The notes: a model not told the origin generated them from the letters alone. 64,000 nt of DNA from Tubulanus polymorphus (GCF_964204645.1 NC_134026.1:15596150-15660149); one strand, 5' to 3'. Shown: positions 1 to 13,359, numbered from the stretch's first letter. A program made the numbers and translations.

Positions 1-1019
1 TAGTACGCTGCAGAGCGCGTCTTGTCTATTTAAAATGATCAGGTCATAACTTCGTTATAATTCATCCGATTCTCTTAATTCTTGCTTTATTGAAAGAAGA
101 AGATTTTGGGCTATCTGTGTATGTAATTTGTTTTCAGATTGATCATCATTTGCGCTACAAAAATCTATCCCGAAAACTTCCGTCGCTCAGAAAAAAATGA
201 GCGGGATTTTCCTATTAAAGTTCACGAGTTGATTTATGTATCCAATGCTCCAACCTACACTATTCTAAAAGTTCCTGGAAAAACATGTAGGTTGGAATGA
301 TTACTTCAGTACTTTAGCCTCGAAATGGGCTATTTTTGCACTGAACCATAACTGAACAGATAATTGGTTTAAGAATTCCCGATTTTTTTTCTACATTAAG
401 ATTGAAATCTTGAAGAAATGGAAGAGTTGAAATCTCATTCGTATAAAATCCCGCTATATTAGTAATTTTGGTGATTTCATCGCCTTTTCGACTCGGCTAT
501 ATCCGTATCAATGACGTGAAATTTCCTGGTTGCAGGGAGAGAAAGGTCACCGAGAGCTGGCCTACATACGGTAGCTCGCGCGAACTGCCTGGAAATACTC
601 TACATAGTACCGGGACACAAGCGGTGCAACAAACTTCACACAGTAACCTTGAGTCATAAAACCAAAAACCAAACAGGTGCAGCTCTAGTGCATACTTTGG
701 GGGTCAGAAAACTTTTTACCTAAAAATTGTATAAAACTGGATATTTCAATACCATCTAAGCTCCTTATCAGCAATGTTGTGTCAAAACTTCATCGAAATT
801 GAACAAAAATTGAATATATTGAAAATACAGATTTTATGTTCAAATCCGTTATTACTGGAGGAATTTTTATGAAAAAACATCCATGGAATCAGTGAAATAT
901 AACTAAGAAAAAGAATATGATCAAAATGATTTCGAACATATATGAAAAAAGTTTTTTTGAATCGTCATTATGGTACTGTGTGAAACTGGTGAGAGCCAGA
1001 TGTGTTTGTAAACGTTATA

Positions 1020-2664
1020 CACAAACTAAAGGAATTAAATCACAAGAATATAAAAAAGCTGTACAAGAAAAAATAAGTAATAAAAATGTTAATAAAAATA
1101 GTGAAAATATTGTTATTTCTACTCGTTCTAATGATAGAATATTTGATAAATGTCTATATTTTACAGTTGGATTTGTAATTGTATTCATTTTGATTGGGTG
1201 TAATTGGTATAAGAAATAAAATAAAATTCATGATATTGATAATTCTGAAACAACTGCTATCAAAAATGAAAATACTTCTGAAATTCCAAAATTGATAATG
1301 AAAAAAATGGATTAATATTTTAGAAAAAAAAACAAAAAAAATAGTTGAATATCTCACTACTTTTGTCTATCTATGCGGAGCAATTAAATTGTCCAGATAA
1401 GTCATTTCGGATTCTAGATATTCATTATTTTTATTAATTTATCTTGTTTTTTTAATTTGAAGTTTTTACTTGAATATTGTATTACAGTCGTTTCTTATTA
1501 TTAGTTTTTTCTTAAATTGAAAGATGGCAGCACTGGGTGTGATGCTAAAATGAACATTTGAATTTGAATTTGTTAATCAATTAACATGGTAATTGATTAC
1601 TAATTTGATTTAAAATTATATCATAATTAAGTTAAAAATCCATAATTCATTTATCAGTTTTCATTCCTATATTCTTTTCATTCGGAATAATTTATAATTT
1701 CAAATTTCACATATTTCTTTAGTAAACACCAACAACATTTACTTAGGTGTTTTAGCTAAGTATATAAGGCAATTCATTCCAACGCTGGAGTAGCTCTGGC
1801 CAGCAGAGGCATTTTGAAAATGCACTCTCCGGGTTTCTCCTTCGGTTTCGAATTTCGAGATTGTTAGAAATTACATTAGGCGCCTTTAATATAATGTGAT
1901 TTCTGCCAATCATTGAAGGAGATCCCGGGTGACGTGGGTCGCGGGGTGTAAGTAGAAATGACGGGGGATAAGCGTCCCGTGGCGCCTTTCAATAATGGGA
2001 TGCTTATCCCCTGAAAACTCTGTAGGTCGAGGATAGGGCAATTTTGCTAAAACTTACCTTAAAAACACCGAAATATTCCTTTTAATCACGAGAGAGAATG
2101 TATCCTGTGTGTGTTGTATGTACTGCGTGCTTATTATATAACTGCTAGCTATCCAATATAACAACAACGTTGAATTGCAACACCTGTTTGATCGATCAAT
2201 ATTCAAATGAAGCACTCTCTTATAATAACATGTAACAGATGTTTGACTGGTATGATTGTAGTTGTTCGTAAAACGACTAAGGTCATTTTTAGATATTCAT
2301 TATTTTTATTTTTTATTTAATCAACAATTTCTAAATCATGATGACCGTCTTCATTTTTCCCATGATAGATTATTTTAAATCCTTCTAAATCTTTTAATTC
2401 CTCTGTACTCAATGAAACCCATTTATCAGGTAAAAACACTTTAAATTCTCGCGATGTACTAACATTACAGTAGCTTAAATTCGCTGATACTTTCACTCCA
2501 TATTTAGTTTTTATCTTTTCTAATTTCAATATTTTATGTTCAATTTCTTTTGTAACATCAACTAACTTTTTTATTTCAAATTGTTTTTTTGCTGGTTTTA
2601 TTCTGTTATTTATTGTTGCTAAGAATGCTTTTCTATCTCCCATTTATAAGGAAAAAAAATTACT
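1020..2664. mobile_element. Maverick/Polinton-like AT-rich fragment (left flank of Bel/Pao #1)
   Basis: Very AT-rich with short Lys/Ile/Asn-rich ORFs. The 2317-2643 ORF is homologous to the Maverick ORF at 58612-58964 and has the same upstream AGTAATTTTTTTT..ATAAATG motif. Left boundary approximate. Confidence 0.55.
2317..2643 (-). CDS. Maverick-like small protein (108 aa), paralog of the disrupted ORF at 58612-58964
   Basis: Intact ORF. C-terminus IIYHGKNEDGHHDLEIVD matches FVYKGKNEKGHHEIDFE at ~58905-58961, and TKYGV matches NKYGV. Start context TATAAATG. Confidence 0.65.
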   Translation of the reverse strand: MGDRKAFLATINNRIKPAKKQFEIKKLVDVTKEIEHKILKLEKIKTKYGVKVSANLSYCNVSTSREFKVFLPDKWVSLSTEELKDLEGFKIIYHGKNEDGHHDLEIVD

Positions 2665-2721
2665 TGTGGTGATGAGTGGTGTCTCGCCCTCTCGCCCTCT
2701 GATCTGAAACCCACATCTTCC

Positions 2722-4461
2722 AATTACTGCCATACGCCAGTGTATTCGCTTCTTGCTGTCCTCGTGCACTAAAACAATGTCGCCAGTTTTTATTTTGTTT
2801 TCGAGTTTCCCGTTGAGTTTCGCACGTTCTCTGAGCGCTATCAAGTATCCACGGCTCCAACGTCGTTTGAACGAACTCAAAAGTTCTTGCAACGTTTGAT
2901 TACGGCGTCGAATATCGGTATACGAAACGTTAAAGTCCTGATCATTAAGATCAATGTCCTCATACGGCAACAGAGTTAATTGGCGACCGCATAACAGTTG
3001 TGACGGAGACAACGGAAGAGGCTCGTCTTCCGTACTATACACATACGTGAGAGGTCGATCGTTGATCGTAGCCTCAATTTCACACAAGAGAGTTCGTAAT
3101 TCATCGTCCGTGACGATGCTTCTACCGAGAATCTTTCTGAGGCATTCTTTCGTTACGCCTATCATCCTTTCCCAGAATCCCCCGAACCAAGGGACTCGTT
3201 TGGGAATGAATGTCCATCTTATTCGATTGTTCGCCATATATCTCGCGACGATCGGCGAATTGACGATTTCTTCTATCTCTACGCAAGATTTTAGAAAGTA
3301 TGACCCGTTGTCACTGATCAGTTCATGCGGTAACGATCTACGCGAAACGAATCTCCGGAATGCTCGAATAAACGCGGCAGGTGTCATATTAATGACTGAT
3401 TCGAAATGGACTGCTCGCGTGGTGGCGCATGTAAACAGACAAATGTAACGGTTATGGCGCTTGTCAGACGTGCCTCTGACCCAAATTTCGCCGGAATAAT
3501 CTACTCCGGTAACAGTAAAGGGCGGAGCATCCGTAACGCGCGAAACTGGAAGTGGCGGTGGTATAGGTGTACAGTAGGCGGAGCCTCGTACTATAGCGCA
3601 CGTAACACATTTCCTGAGAACTGATTTTACGACTTGTCTAATTTTCGGTATCCAGTATCTTTGCCTGATAGCAGTAACAGTCCCGCCAATTCTTAAATGT
3701 TTACACCTCCTGTGGTGAAACAACACGATCAAACGCGTAATATGGTGATCTGGTAATAGAATGGGAAATTTGGCATCGTACGGTAAAGACGAATTTTGTA
3801 CACGACTGCCGCATCGAATAAGTCCCCTGTCATCGATAAAGATTTTCAGTTGTTTGACCAGGTTACCGCGTTTGAGTTTCTGGACTGTCAATTGATTCAA
3901 TTCAGATTTAAAGTATGTTTTCTGTAAGTCCATGACCCATTTGTTTTCTGCTGTTTTTATCTCATCGGCGGTGAGTTCCCCGCTAACCCGATCGGCCGGA
4001 TTCCTCAGATTATGTAAATATCTGAGGAAATAAGCGGTAACACGCACGAGTTCGGTCAACGATCCATATTTTTCCGGATCAATGATCTTTAAGATACCCG
4101 CTTTTTCTAACTGTTCATGTTGTATCGACATGGTAGTCTCGTCGACAGATTCATCAGTTTTAATTTCGTTATCGGCTTGAAATCGCGAGACTGGCCAATC
4201 GCCGACTTTCAACCAGTCGGGCCCGTGCCACCATAGTGTTGAATTGGCCAGTCGATGAGTGGTTATACCGCGTGTTAGTAGATCCGCTGGATTATCTTGG
4301 GTCGGTACGTTATTCAATTCCACATCGAGATTGTCTAGCTTCAAGTAATTTATCTCGTGCACCCGATTTTGAACTAAACACGCAAGTCGTTTTTCACTCC
4401 TAGTCCAACTTAGGACTATCTCGATATCGGACCCGATAATCGCTTTGCTGAAATGTAGCAT
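2722..4461 (-). pseudogene. pol: Bel/Pao RNaseH C-terminus plus integrase, truncated after WRMAVI
   Basis: NPADLLTRG, WWHGPDWL, HHCC zinc finger (H..H..CVTC), GVDYSG / SDNGSYF / FWERMIG catalytic DDE motifs. Confidence 0.92.
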
Positions 4462-5596
4462 GGCTTGAGCGCATCGAATGAATATTTGATCAAACGGGCG
4501 CCGACGACGGCGGCCATTAGCTCGAGGCGCGGTAACGAGAGCTGTTTAACGGGTGCAACTCTGTTTTCGCTATGACAAGCGCGATGTTTTTCCCTTGACG
4601 TAGATAAACGGTGGCTCCGTAGCCACGTGAACTCGCGTCCACAAAGCAATGTAACTCAGTATCGGTATCCTCCGACGGCGCAGAAAAATACTTCCGGTTA
4701 ATCGTTATTTTTCTCGCATTTTGTAGATCGCGGTACAAAGTTTTCCAGTTATTGCTCATCTCGTCTGGTAATAATTCATCCCACGAGACATTCGCTTTCC
4801 ATAATTCTTGGATGAATATTTTGATTTGATGTGAACCGGCGATAACGGATCATAGAGACTCGCCACGCTCTGACGATTTCGCGCTTCGTAATAATTTCTG
4901 GTTCGCTATGCTCGATCGCTTGTTTGTATTTAAGCCTGTCCTGATTGACATCCCATAGGAGTCCTAGGTTGCTGACAACGTCATGCCCGTTCAATAAGTT
5001 GTCTTTACTCGCAATATGTCTGAGGTTTTCGTTGTTACTAGTCCATTCACATAGTTTAAATCCTGCGTCGGACATCATCCGATTCGCGTTATGGTAATAA
5101 TCGATCGCTGTCGATTCGTCTTTCACCGACGTAACGACGTTGTCTACGTATATGCTCGATTTCATATCGTTAGCTACCGTGCAAATGTGTCCAAATGTGA
5201 TTTTATGACGGCATTGAGAATAAACGGCGAGCACGCTGCTCCGAATAATACAGATTTAAATTGATACGTAATGAATTCGCTTTCGGGGTCGTTTGGATCG
5301 CTTAGCCAGAAAAATTTCGTGAATTTCCGGTCTGGCTCGGCTAGGCCCACTTGAAGGAAGGCCTTTTCGATGTTGCTACTAAGTCCAACGTCGCATGTAC
5401 GAAAGTTCATCAAGATCGAACCAAGATCGTTAAGCAGTAGCGGTCCTTTTTCCAGGCAGTCATTTAAACTCGGAGACTGACGCGTACGGAAGCTACAATC
5501 GTAGACGACGCGGATTGGTGTTGTGTTCACCGAGTGGTACCGGTATATAATGACCTTCGGATTCGTTTTCCTCGTGGATCGTCTCGATGAATCCAC
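4416..5596 (-). pseudogene. pol: Bel/Pao reverse transcriptase and RNase H (several frameshifts)
   Basis: SLNDCLEKGP, IEKAFLQV, VLFGAACSPFIL, YVDN, FVDASSRGYG and LPRLELMAA spread across ORFs 5174, 4776, 4517 and 4416. Confidence 0.9.
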
Positions 5597-7780
5597 GCGC
5601 TATTTGATCTTCGATAATTCGATCATAGATTTTTCGGGTATCGTTATTTAGTTTCCTGACCATCGCTCGCGTTCGGTTGGCTGTGTTCAGTCTATTGGTC
5701 GGTAATGGAGGGTGTTCCGGCCTCCATGGTAGCTGCGCAACGTATTGGTTTCCCGCCATTTCGATACAATCCGTCGCATAATGTTCAAACGTAAGTTCTT
5801 CGTTTATCGGGTGTTTTATCCCGAGTGTTTCGACTCTCTCGAAGTTTTTGAGTTGGTCTCGTTCATGAGTATCATCGGTGAGGATAAAGTTCGCGTAGTC
5901 ACGACGGTCGTGACTCGAGTTTTTTAGCGGACCCGAAAGAAGATAACCGAGTTTTGACGCAACCGCTGTGGGGCCGTTGCCCCTGACGACTTTGTCCTCA
6001 ACTAAGGACCAGTAGTAGTCGGATCCAATTAATAGAGCGATTTCGAACGATTCACGACCGCTTACAGGGTGCGCCAGTTTCAGACCCGATAGATAATGTA
6101 AATTACGTGTATCTTTGATGTGATTACTCATAGGTGTCGTAATGTTCGATTTTACGAGTGCGCTTATCGGCACGTCTCCAGTTTCGGTTTTAATGGCTAA
6201 CTTGACCCGGTCGTATTTCCTTTGTTTAGATTTAGTATCTCCAAAGATCGAAAGATTCAGTATTTCGCTCGACTCCGGTTTCAAGTTTAATTTCACGGCT
6301 GTTTCCTCCGTGATCCATGTTCGGGTCAAGCCTTCATCAAACAATATGTTGACGGTCTCGGAGTTTTGATGTTTTTCATCAGTAATTTCAGCAACAGCTG
6401 TCTTTAAGACGACTGGCGTCGATACGGTGATTGAGTCTTGTGAATTTAGCACGCCGATGTACATTTGCCTGTCATCGCATTGCGGGTTCTGATCGTTATG
6501 ACCAGCTGATTGTGGTTTTTTGCCGCATAGAGATGTATGGTGTTTATCTGAACATACGGAACAGCAATAGCGTGACCTGCAATCTCTGGCTTTGTGATTT
6601 TTTCTCAAACAATTTCGGCAGAGATTTCCTCTTTTCACTATATCCATCCGTTTTTCCAGAGTGTTATAGATCAGACAATCCCTTGATTTGTGGTCTTTCT
6701 TGCAGTACTTACATTGAATTTTATAATTACGGTCTAGACGGCTTGTTTGATTTCGTTTTCTGTGATGAATAACGACGTGTTTGTGATTTCGTCTTCTGGA
6801 TCGCTGATGAGCACACTTTGAATGGCTTGTCCTGCCAGACCCGCTTGAATCTCTTTCTGAAACGCTTTCTTCAATTCAGTTAAATTCCATGCTGAATCAC
6901 CATGGTCGCGTGTGATCTGAGTTTTAATTCCCGATGGGAGTTTCTCGAATATGACTGGAATCAGGAGATCCCCATAGCTTTCCTCGGTCTTACCGAGAGA
7001 TTTTAGACTCCTGATATAGCCTTCCAGTTCATCGTAGAACTTTTTCATCTGTTGTACATTTTCGCGTGGTTTTGGCAATTCCCACAATGCCTTCATATAA
7101 ACGTCGATCAATTTATGAGTTTGTCCGTACCTGTTTTTCAAGAGTTCAATGGCTTCGACGTAGTTGTTATTGGTCAGTGATAAGCCCTCGACGCATCGGG
7201 CCGCTTCTCCGCTGAGTTGCGCACGAAGATACTGGAATTTTTGGATGTCGTCTAATCCGGTATCGTTGTGGATAGCTGATTCGAATGCATCTATAAAGCC
7301 GATCCATTATAGTAAATCCCCGCTGAATGTCGGTAAATGTAACTTAGGTAGATTGACTTGCCTTGATTTGTTGTTAATCGATTGATGAGTTGTCGTCGGT
7401 TTCGTGTCGTTATTGAACGTTTCAATAAAGAATCTATACTTTTGTATTTCGATAATCCGTTCGAATGCGAAATCATCTGCGTCTGCGATAGATGATTGTA
7501 GATTTTCATCAGGCGTCAACGAGAGAATTGTTTGATCTAGTTCTTGTATGAGGTTTAGCTTTGTGACCGCTGATGATATGATTGCTACCAGATCTTGAAC
7601 TTCGGCTAGGCCTACTTCTGTTGATCCGGATTGTAGGCTCTGGTAGACCTCTTCTGCACGATTGAGGTATTTAGATAACTGCCCTCGGTGGGCCAACCGA
7701 GATGCTGTAGGACGCTTCGTTTGGTCCATTTCGTTTTGACGCTCAGTTGCGTCATTCGCATTTTCCGATGTCGTCAACAT
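5493..7780 (-). pseudogene. gag: Bel/Pao gag (DUF1759-like, CCHC knuckles) and aspartic protease
   Basis: VNLPKLHLPTFSGD, CRNCLRKNHKARDC, CSVCSDKHHTSLC, ILFDEG, LLIGSDYYW. ATG at 7780 lies immediately after the PBS. Confidence 0.88.
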
Positions 7781-7781
7781 A

Positions 7782-7799
7782 ATCCTGGTCACGGCACCA
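7782..7799 (-). promoter_or_regulatory. Primer-binding site, tRNA-His type
   Basis: Minus strand TGGTGCCGTGACCAGGAT, 2 nt from the LTR end; complementary to the 3' end ...GTCACGGCACCA of tRNA-His. Confidence 0.8.
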
Positions 7800-7801
7800 A
7801 A

Positions 7802-8013
7802 TGTGATGGAGTGACTATCACCACAGAGAGGTGACCAGATCCGAAGGAGTAAAGTCGAAGAGCGTGTTGTATTTTGTGAATCTAAACAGCATCTAACTTT
7901 ATTACTACAGTATAGGGTTACAGTATAGTACACATGGCGCGAAACAGCAACCAATCATATAAGAGAGACATCAACGAATCATATAAGAGAACCAACACAT
8001 GTCGTTCTCGACA
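7802..8013 (-). repeat. 5' LTR of Bel/Pao #1 (~212 bp)
   Basis: TG...CA ends (minus strand TGTCGAGAAC...CCATCACA), internal AATAAA, adjacent PBS, abrupt switch to AT-rich integrase sequence at 8014. Confidence 0.8.
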
Positions 8014-8142
8014 TTTGATGATGGAAAAGAATTAGATAATTCACTTGTTCATAACCTTTTAGATTAGCACAATATTAAATATTTTTCAACGAAATCGGAT
8101 AAGAAAGCAGCAATTGTTGAAAGATTTGATAGAACATTAAAG
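8014..8142 (+). pseudogene. Maverick/Polinton retroviral-like (rve) integrase fragment
   Basis: Manual translation FDDGKELDNSLVHNLLD*HNIKYFSTKSDKKAAIVERFDRTLK matches the D..G.EF / KA.IVERFNRTLK core of Maverick c-integrases. Not in the ORF track. Confidence 0.75.
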
Positions 8143-8299
8143 GCCGACTCAAATGGAGGTCCAAAAACCCACCGGTTGGTACTTGAGATTTGCAGTGCAG
8201 GCCACATCCCACTAGCAACTAGCAAGCGGTAGTTTGTTTAAAGTGTTAACTGGAACGCATCTGGCTCACACCAGTATCACACAGTATCACAGTGACACA

Positions 8300-9390
8300 T
8301 AAAAAAAACTTTTTTTCGTATATGTTTGATATCAATTTGGTTGTTGATTTTAAACCTACCCATTGACGCTTCAGTTGCTTCGACCAAGTGTTCACATAAC
8401 CGCTCATTCACAACGTTACAGTCAATTTTATTCAGTGATATATCTGATATTACATCATCTAAGATTTCTGACGAAAGATTCCTAAATTGGCTGGTTCACG
8501 GGAATCCACTTTAACTACTCTTTATTCCTTTTATTGTTGAAACGAGGGAAACATTACACTCGATACGGTCCAATGCATTTAGAACACACTTGATTGGGCA
8601 GTGCACATCCGAAAACATGTGGTTAACCTCTTTCGAACTCGGTACACTTTAGGATGTGGGGCGAGACAATGAAGTAATCTATGACGCGCTGGCTATTCCC
8701 TCTAAGACATGTATAAGCACCGACACCTCTATCCTTACCAATTCTGCCATTTACAATAAGTAACCCGTGAGTTTGGCAGAAATCAGACAGGCGATAACCC
8801 CAATAATGAACGTCTTTGATGAGACGCTCGAGCAGAATATCTGCTTTCAAATTAGAAATATCTACAAGAAGTCCTCAGCTTCAAACCTTTCAACGTAGAA
8901 AGCGAAGTCTTGCATTTCTTTGGTGTGCGCATTTAGATCTCCACAAATACAAATATGACACTCGTTTTGTGGAAACAATTGAGTTATATCGGTACTTAAA
9001 GAAAAAATGAGGGCCACTGAATTTACTAGACTCGGGCGGGATAAGGTACCGCTCAGGTAAAAACTCTTAGTTAGAACCACTTAAATGTTTTGATATCTTG
9101 ATCCACTGTATTATATCACTAGTTTTCTTAACAGGATGTATATATGTGGCTTCTAGTTTTAAATGCTATGAGTATTCCACCAGATTTTCTGGTACCCATA
9201 TTTGAGTGATTAAAACAACAACTTGAAAATCAAGTGATTCAAAAAATTTGGAAACCCATATTTCATCTAGAGCAGTCAATGTGTTTCCGTAAATATTAGT
9301 ATATCAGCATATTTACACTCATGAGATAAATTCTTTACAGTTGATTTTAGATTAGAGACCACCATACATTTAAACACAATATTTCTAGCC
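8300..9390 (-). pseudogene. Non-LTR retrotransposon APE endonuclease relic
   Basis: Minus-strand motifs across frameshifts: LCLNV, DILIFTET, RKSGGI, CGDLNAH, LLIVNGR, VIDYFIVS, SDVHCPI. Confidence 0.8.
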
Positions 9391-9409
9391 GTTTGGATTT
9401 CTATCTAGT

Positions 9410-11202
9410 CTTAGATTCGAAATATTGTCATATGTCAACTGAAGGAAAATGGACCTGAGTCTTAGATTCAAAGTATATTGATTTAGGGAGGAATATTCCT
9501 CCCACCACTAAACGCTATAACCTGAATTTTTAGAAAGATAGGTATTGGTGTTTGTGGTGTAATTTATTTTTTACTTTTTAAAAAGTACCCAATAAAGCCA
9601 GGTAGATTTATGAAGTTCGAGTGATACGATACACAGTGTTCGAGGTAATGAGACGGTATGAGACATACATAGAATTTTAGAAAACTAAATAGATTTAGTA
9701 TTTTCATGGTCTAACAGTAAATTGCTGTAACTTTGTCGACAATCAATTGTAATCAGATTGCAATCAGGCGCTTCTCGATAAACATGAAGACAAAATCGTA
9801 ATCAAAACACGTGCATAACATAGAAATTCAGTTTTGATTATACAGGGAATATATAAGGACTGCTTACAAAACAGACAGCTGCGATGATCCTAAATAGCTT
9901 AATCCGGCACGAGTTGAGCTAATTTATGGGTTTAAAGGTTCATTTTCACAGTCAATGGACGTAATTTGATAAATGCATTCTTTAAATGGAAATTCTATAG
10001 TAATCGATACAAATCATTTATGTTAAGTGTTTTGTGTTAATTAAGAATCGTCATTCAAGGATTAAAGATCATTATGAAGCTGATACGTTTCATTCATGCG
10101 GATTCTTCTCTCATTACTAGCGTTAATAAGAGATTCGCGTGTCACGCATGATGAAAATAAATGTATTGGAGTCGTATTTCTTTCATTTTCATTTAAGGTC
10201 GCAAATTAGCCATTTTCCTAGTATGCATTATTCTCATTTATACGTAAAAGTGTATTCGGTATGAGGGTGTGTTTCTTTCTTCACTCCTTTATATACAATT
10301 CAGAAATAGGAGTTAATAAGGAGGTTTTTACTCCTAAACGAACTCAAATCCCTTTCAGTTCAAGTTTATATGCATGGGGATCTATGAAATAAGGGAAAAT
10401 ACAATCCAGCCTACTAGCCACTGAACGTTAGCACCCAGAAAACGTCAGGAATTTGCAGAAAAAACAAAACATTATGTTAAAAAAACATCGGATAAAATTC
10501 ATTCTAAACATGCGTTACTAAGCCCAGAACTCCAGATATCGAGATGATATGTCTAAGGCAGATTTCTCCCTTTGTGACACAACCATTTAATTAGTCATGT
10601 GACCATTATGTTTAAACACCTCTCACAATCAAGCTTAAGATAAAGTGGCCTGCGGTATGAATGCTTTAGTATTGATTCATATGGTCCATATACGAAGCAT
10701 TATAGTCTTTACAATCTTACTTTTTCTCGACTTAAAAATTATTTTTTGATTGACATACCACGGAAACTAGTTGATTAAAAGCACAAACGCATATAGTCGC
10801 TATCCCGGCAATCAAATCGACTTAAAAATCGATTGATTGTTATTGAACTGAAGAAAGACGAAAAAGACAACCAGCGTTTGTATGAGATACATGTTTCGTT
10901 GTTCGTGAATTCAGCATGCACCAATGTCCAATAAAATTCAACAATTCAAAGTTATTACAAAACTTGCAAATTCTGATATTTATTTAGCGGCAATTTTCCC
11001 CTTGCCATTTTTCCGACGTTTATCCAAAGATTGAAATACTTCATTAATATACTAAAATAATACTATCAGGTATCGCACTGGTAAAATAATATTTCAAATT
11101 TCAAATAGTATTTCAAAGATATTTGAAATTGAAAGTTTCAATAATTTATCGCATCGCACAGCGAAATCCGTGAAATACGTTTTTGATTTACGGGTGCCTC
11201 AT
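9410..11202 (-). repeat. Inverted partial copy of TIR element X (matches 40331-42120)
   Basis: Continuous reverse-complement similarity, e.g. ttttgatttacgggtgcctcat vs atgaggcacccgtaaatcaaaa at 40331. Confidence 0.88.
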
Positions 11203-12318
11203 GGGATACGCCCATAATACCTCCGCCCAAAATACCGCCGCCCAAAATCCCACACCCACAATCCCTCCACCCAGAATACCCTCATATGTGTCCAAAATAC
11301 CTCCGTCCAGAATTTTAAAAGAATACTATAATTCTATTATTTATGTGTAGAAAGTAACCCCAATGTCAACTATTATACATTTATAGGACCATATATAATG
11401 TATTACGGTACGTATAAACCTATACTGGATAATAATTGAATAACAACTAATGAAAATGTTCACTTGCAATTAGTTATGGCTGGGAAATTTACAAGTAGAC
11501 CTATAGTCATTATATGATTTAGGATCACCAATGATAGATAGACCAAGCGAATCGTTATCTTTAAGCCTTGTCTCGTAAGCCTTATTATAGGCTGGCTCGT
11601 GTTTATCGAGATGACACGTAAATAAAGAAACAGGAACAACATTTAGATATCGACTCAATATTTTATTTTTCTTTATAAATATAGAAATTAGCAGCACAGT
11701 TTCTTCAATGATACAGATAAAAACATTTTAAGATCGTTGTTTACTTTAAAATGCGCATGTTATAACCGATTCCACGCAAGAATTCACTAACGTTTTTACG
11801 CCCGTCTCTGTAATCAATGCATAAGTTATTTAAGCGAAGCTGCAGGTCTATTTTTGTCTTATTCTTTTGGCAGGACGCTGCACAATACTGTCTTGTTCAA
11901 TTGCAGCAGATACTGTTGCATTTTCTTGTTGAAATGACTGGATTGTCCGCCAAATCGAAGGGTGTTTGTGTCCCACAAGATAGTTGAATTTGTTATTCCA
12001 AGCCTCGCATATATTATTGGTTCGAGCATCATCATTTAATGTCGCGCAATTGACATTCCATAATGCCACCGGAAACAAAGGAGGTGTACGCCTAAACCTC
12101 AGTAGTCCATTTGGCGCCCTAACACGACGATAAGTTCCATTTATGTACGTAGCACTGAAATAATCCAATAGTTCTATCCCCTCATCCGGTACAATAGTGA
12201 GTAAATATTCTAATCCGGCACTAACATCATTAACGGGTAAAATGCAAGTCCATCGATCATCCCAACAAATAACTGAAAGTTCTGATTTTCGTTGTAATGC
12301 TGTTGTAAGCCAAGTTAA
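11203..12318 (-). mobile_element. MULE/Mutator (Phantom-like) transposon terminus with transposase C-terminal fragment
   Basis: Terminus GGGATACGCCCATAATACC with subterminal CCCA(G/A)AAT repeats, also seen at 27381. Adjacent MULE transposase motifs. Confidence 0.8.
11848..12318 (-). pseudogene. MULE transposase C-terminal part
   Basis: GLQQHYN..GMIDGLAF/PV, LLDYFSATYI, PPLFPVALWNV, RTNNICEAWNNKF, HPSIW. Confidence 0.85.
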
Positions 12319-13000
12319 ATCGGTAACTTTTCGGGTTTTGAGTTTTCATTTTGTGTTCTCAGAGGTTTGAGAAAGCTGTCAACGTTTCATGTACTAGTTT
12401 TATAATTTTGAAATCACGTGAAGATATTGCAACATGGTTGATGGGGAAATATTAAATTACTGGCATACTCAGTGAGTATTTTATACTATTTGCAGTGTTA
12501 ATTTAGTAGATTATGGTGTAATAACATAAGAGAATATTCCGTAGTATAAGAGTACAACATAAATCAGTGAAATAGAGAAGTAATTCCATTAAATTAAGGC
12601 GAAATATTATGATGCAAGATAAAGGTTTATTTTGTATTGCGCAATCTAGCAATAGCTCAGATATTATAAGTTTGTATTATCTGTTTACAGGTTTGAATCG
12701 TCCAAAATCCGTTGAATAAAGAAACATCAATTTGATATCCGGAGTTTGTTATTTGTCGGACGTATTCAAAAGCCACCACTTGAAACCCCATCGAGCCATT
12801 TGATTCAAATTGAGTCTCACCAAGCGTCATCATGGCAGATCCTGAGAAGACAACAACAACAACACTTAAGAATAAGCGTCGGGCAGCTAAGTCAGCGAGA
12901 CGAGAAGATACACAATATCCGTGTAAGAAGATAACAAGAGAAATCCCACAATAAGTTCAGCCAAAACGAGAAACTTGAATAGAAGAGTTATATATATTTG

Positions 13001-13040
13001 CGCAACGTTTCGGCTAAAGACTATTAGCCATCATCAGGCG
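13001..13040 (-). ncRNA. Minimal hammerhead ribozyme motif (copy in left Penelope arm)
   Basis: Exact reverse complement of 15356-15395. Confidence 0.7.
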
Positions 13041-13359
13041 TACTGAGTACAGGAGAATATTACAAGATATTTATACAAGACCAAAACAATAGAAGCAGAG
13101 TGAGTGATTAAAATATTGAAAGGGGAATAGATTAAAGTAATGACATAACAACTAGAAAACAATGCTAAAGTAAGCAAGGCAAACTAGGGGCAATGTAGAT
13201 TAAAGTAATTAATAAACAAAGACACAAGCTAAAGTGATTAAAACGGGAGGACAAGCTAAGGGGTAATCAAATAAAACAAAGAGAAGGAACATGAAAGGCG
13301 ATAATCAGTGAGTGAGTGGAAACAAGCAAACTATGATAAAGGCAAAACAATGGAGGGAA

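Larger units (their letters stand above)
2665..8013 (-). mobile_element. Bel/Pao LTR retrotransposon #1 (frameshifted, 3' end deleted/rearranged)
   Basis: Order gag-CCHC-protease-RT-RNaseH-integrase, 5' LTR at 7802-8013, tRNA-His-type PBS. No matching 3' LTR and no TSD. Confidence 0.93.

Noticed and set aside
635-984. Possible MITE with TTCACACAGTA/TACTGTGTGAA inverted ends
   Set aside because: Only ~11 bp of inverted match, no TSD and no second copy in the window.
2954-6772. Plus-strand ORFs overlapping Bel/Pao #1
   Set aside because: Antisense shadows of the pol/gag frames with no independent motifs.
12760-12831. PBS for Bel/Pao #2
   Set aside because: No TGG-initiated tRNA-complementary tract is recognisable, so the LTR end cannot be fixed.
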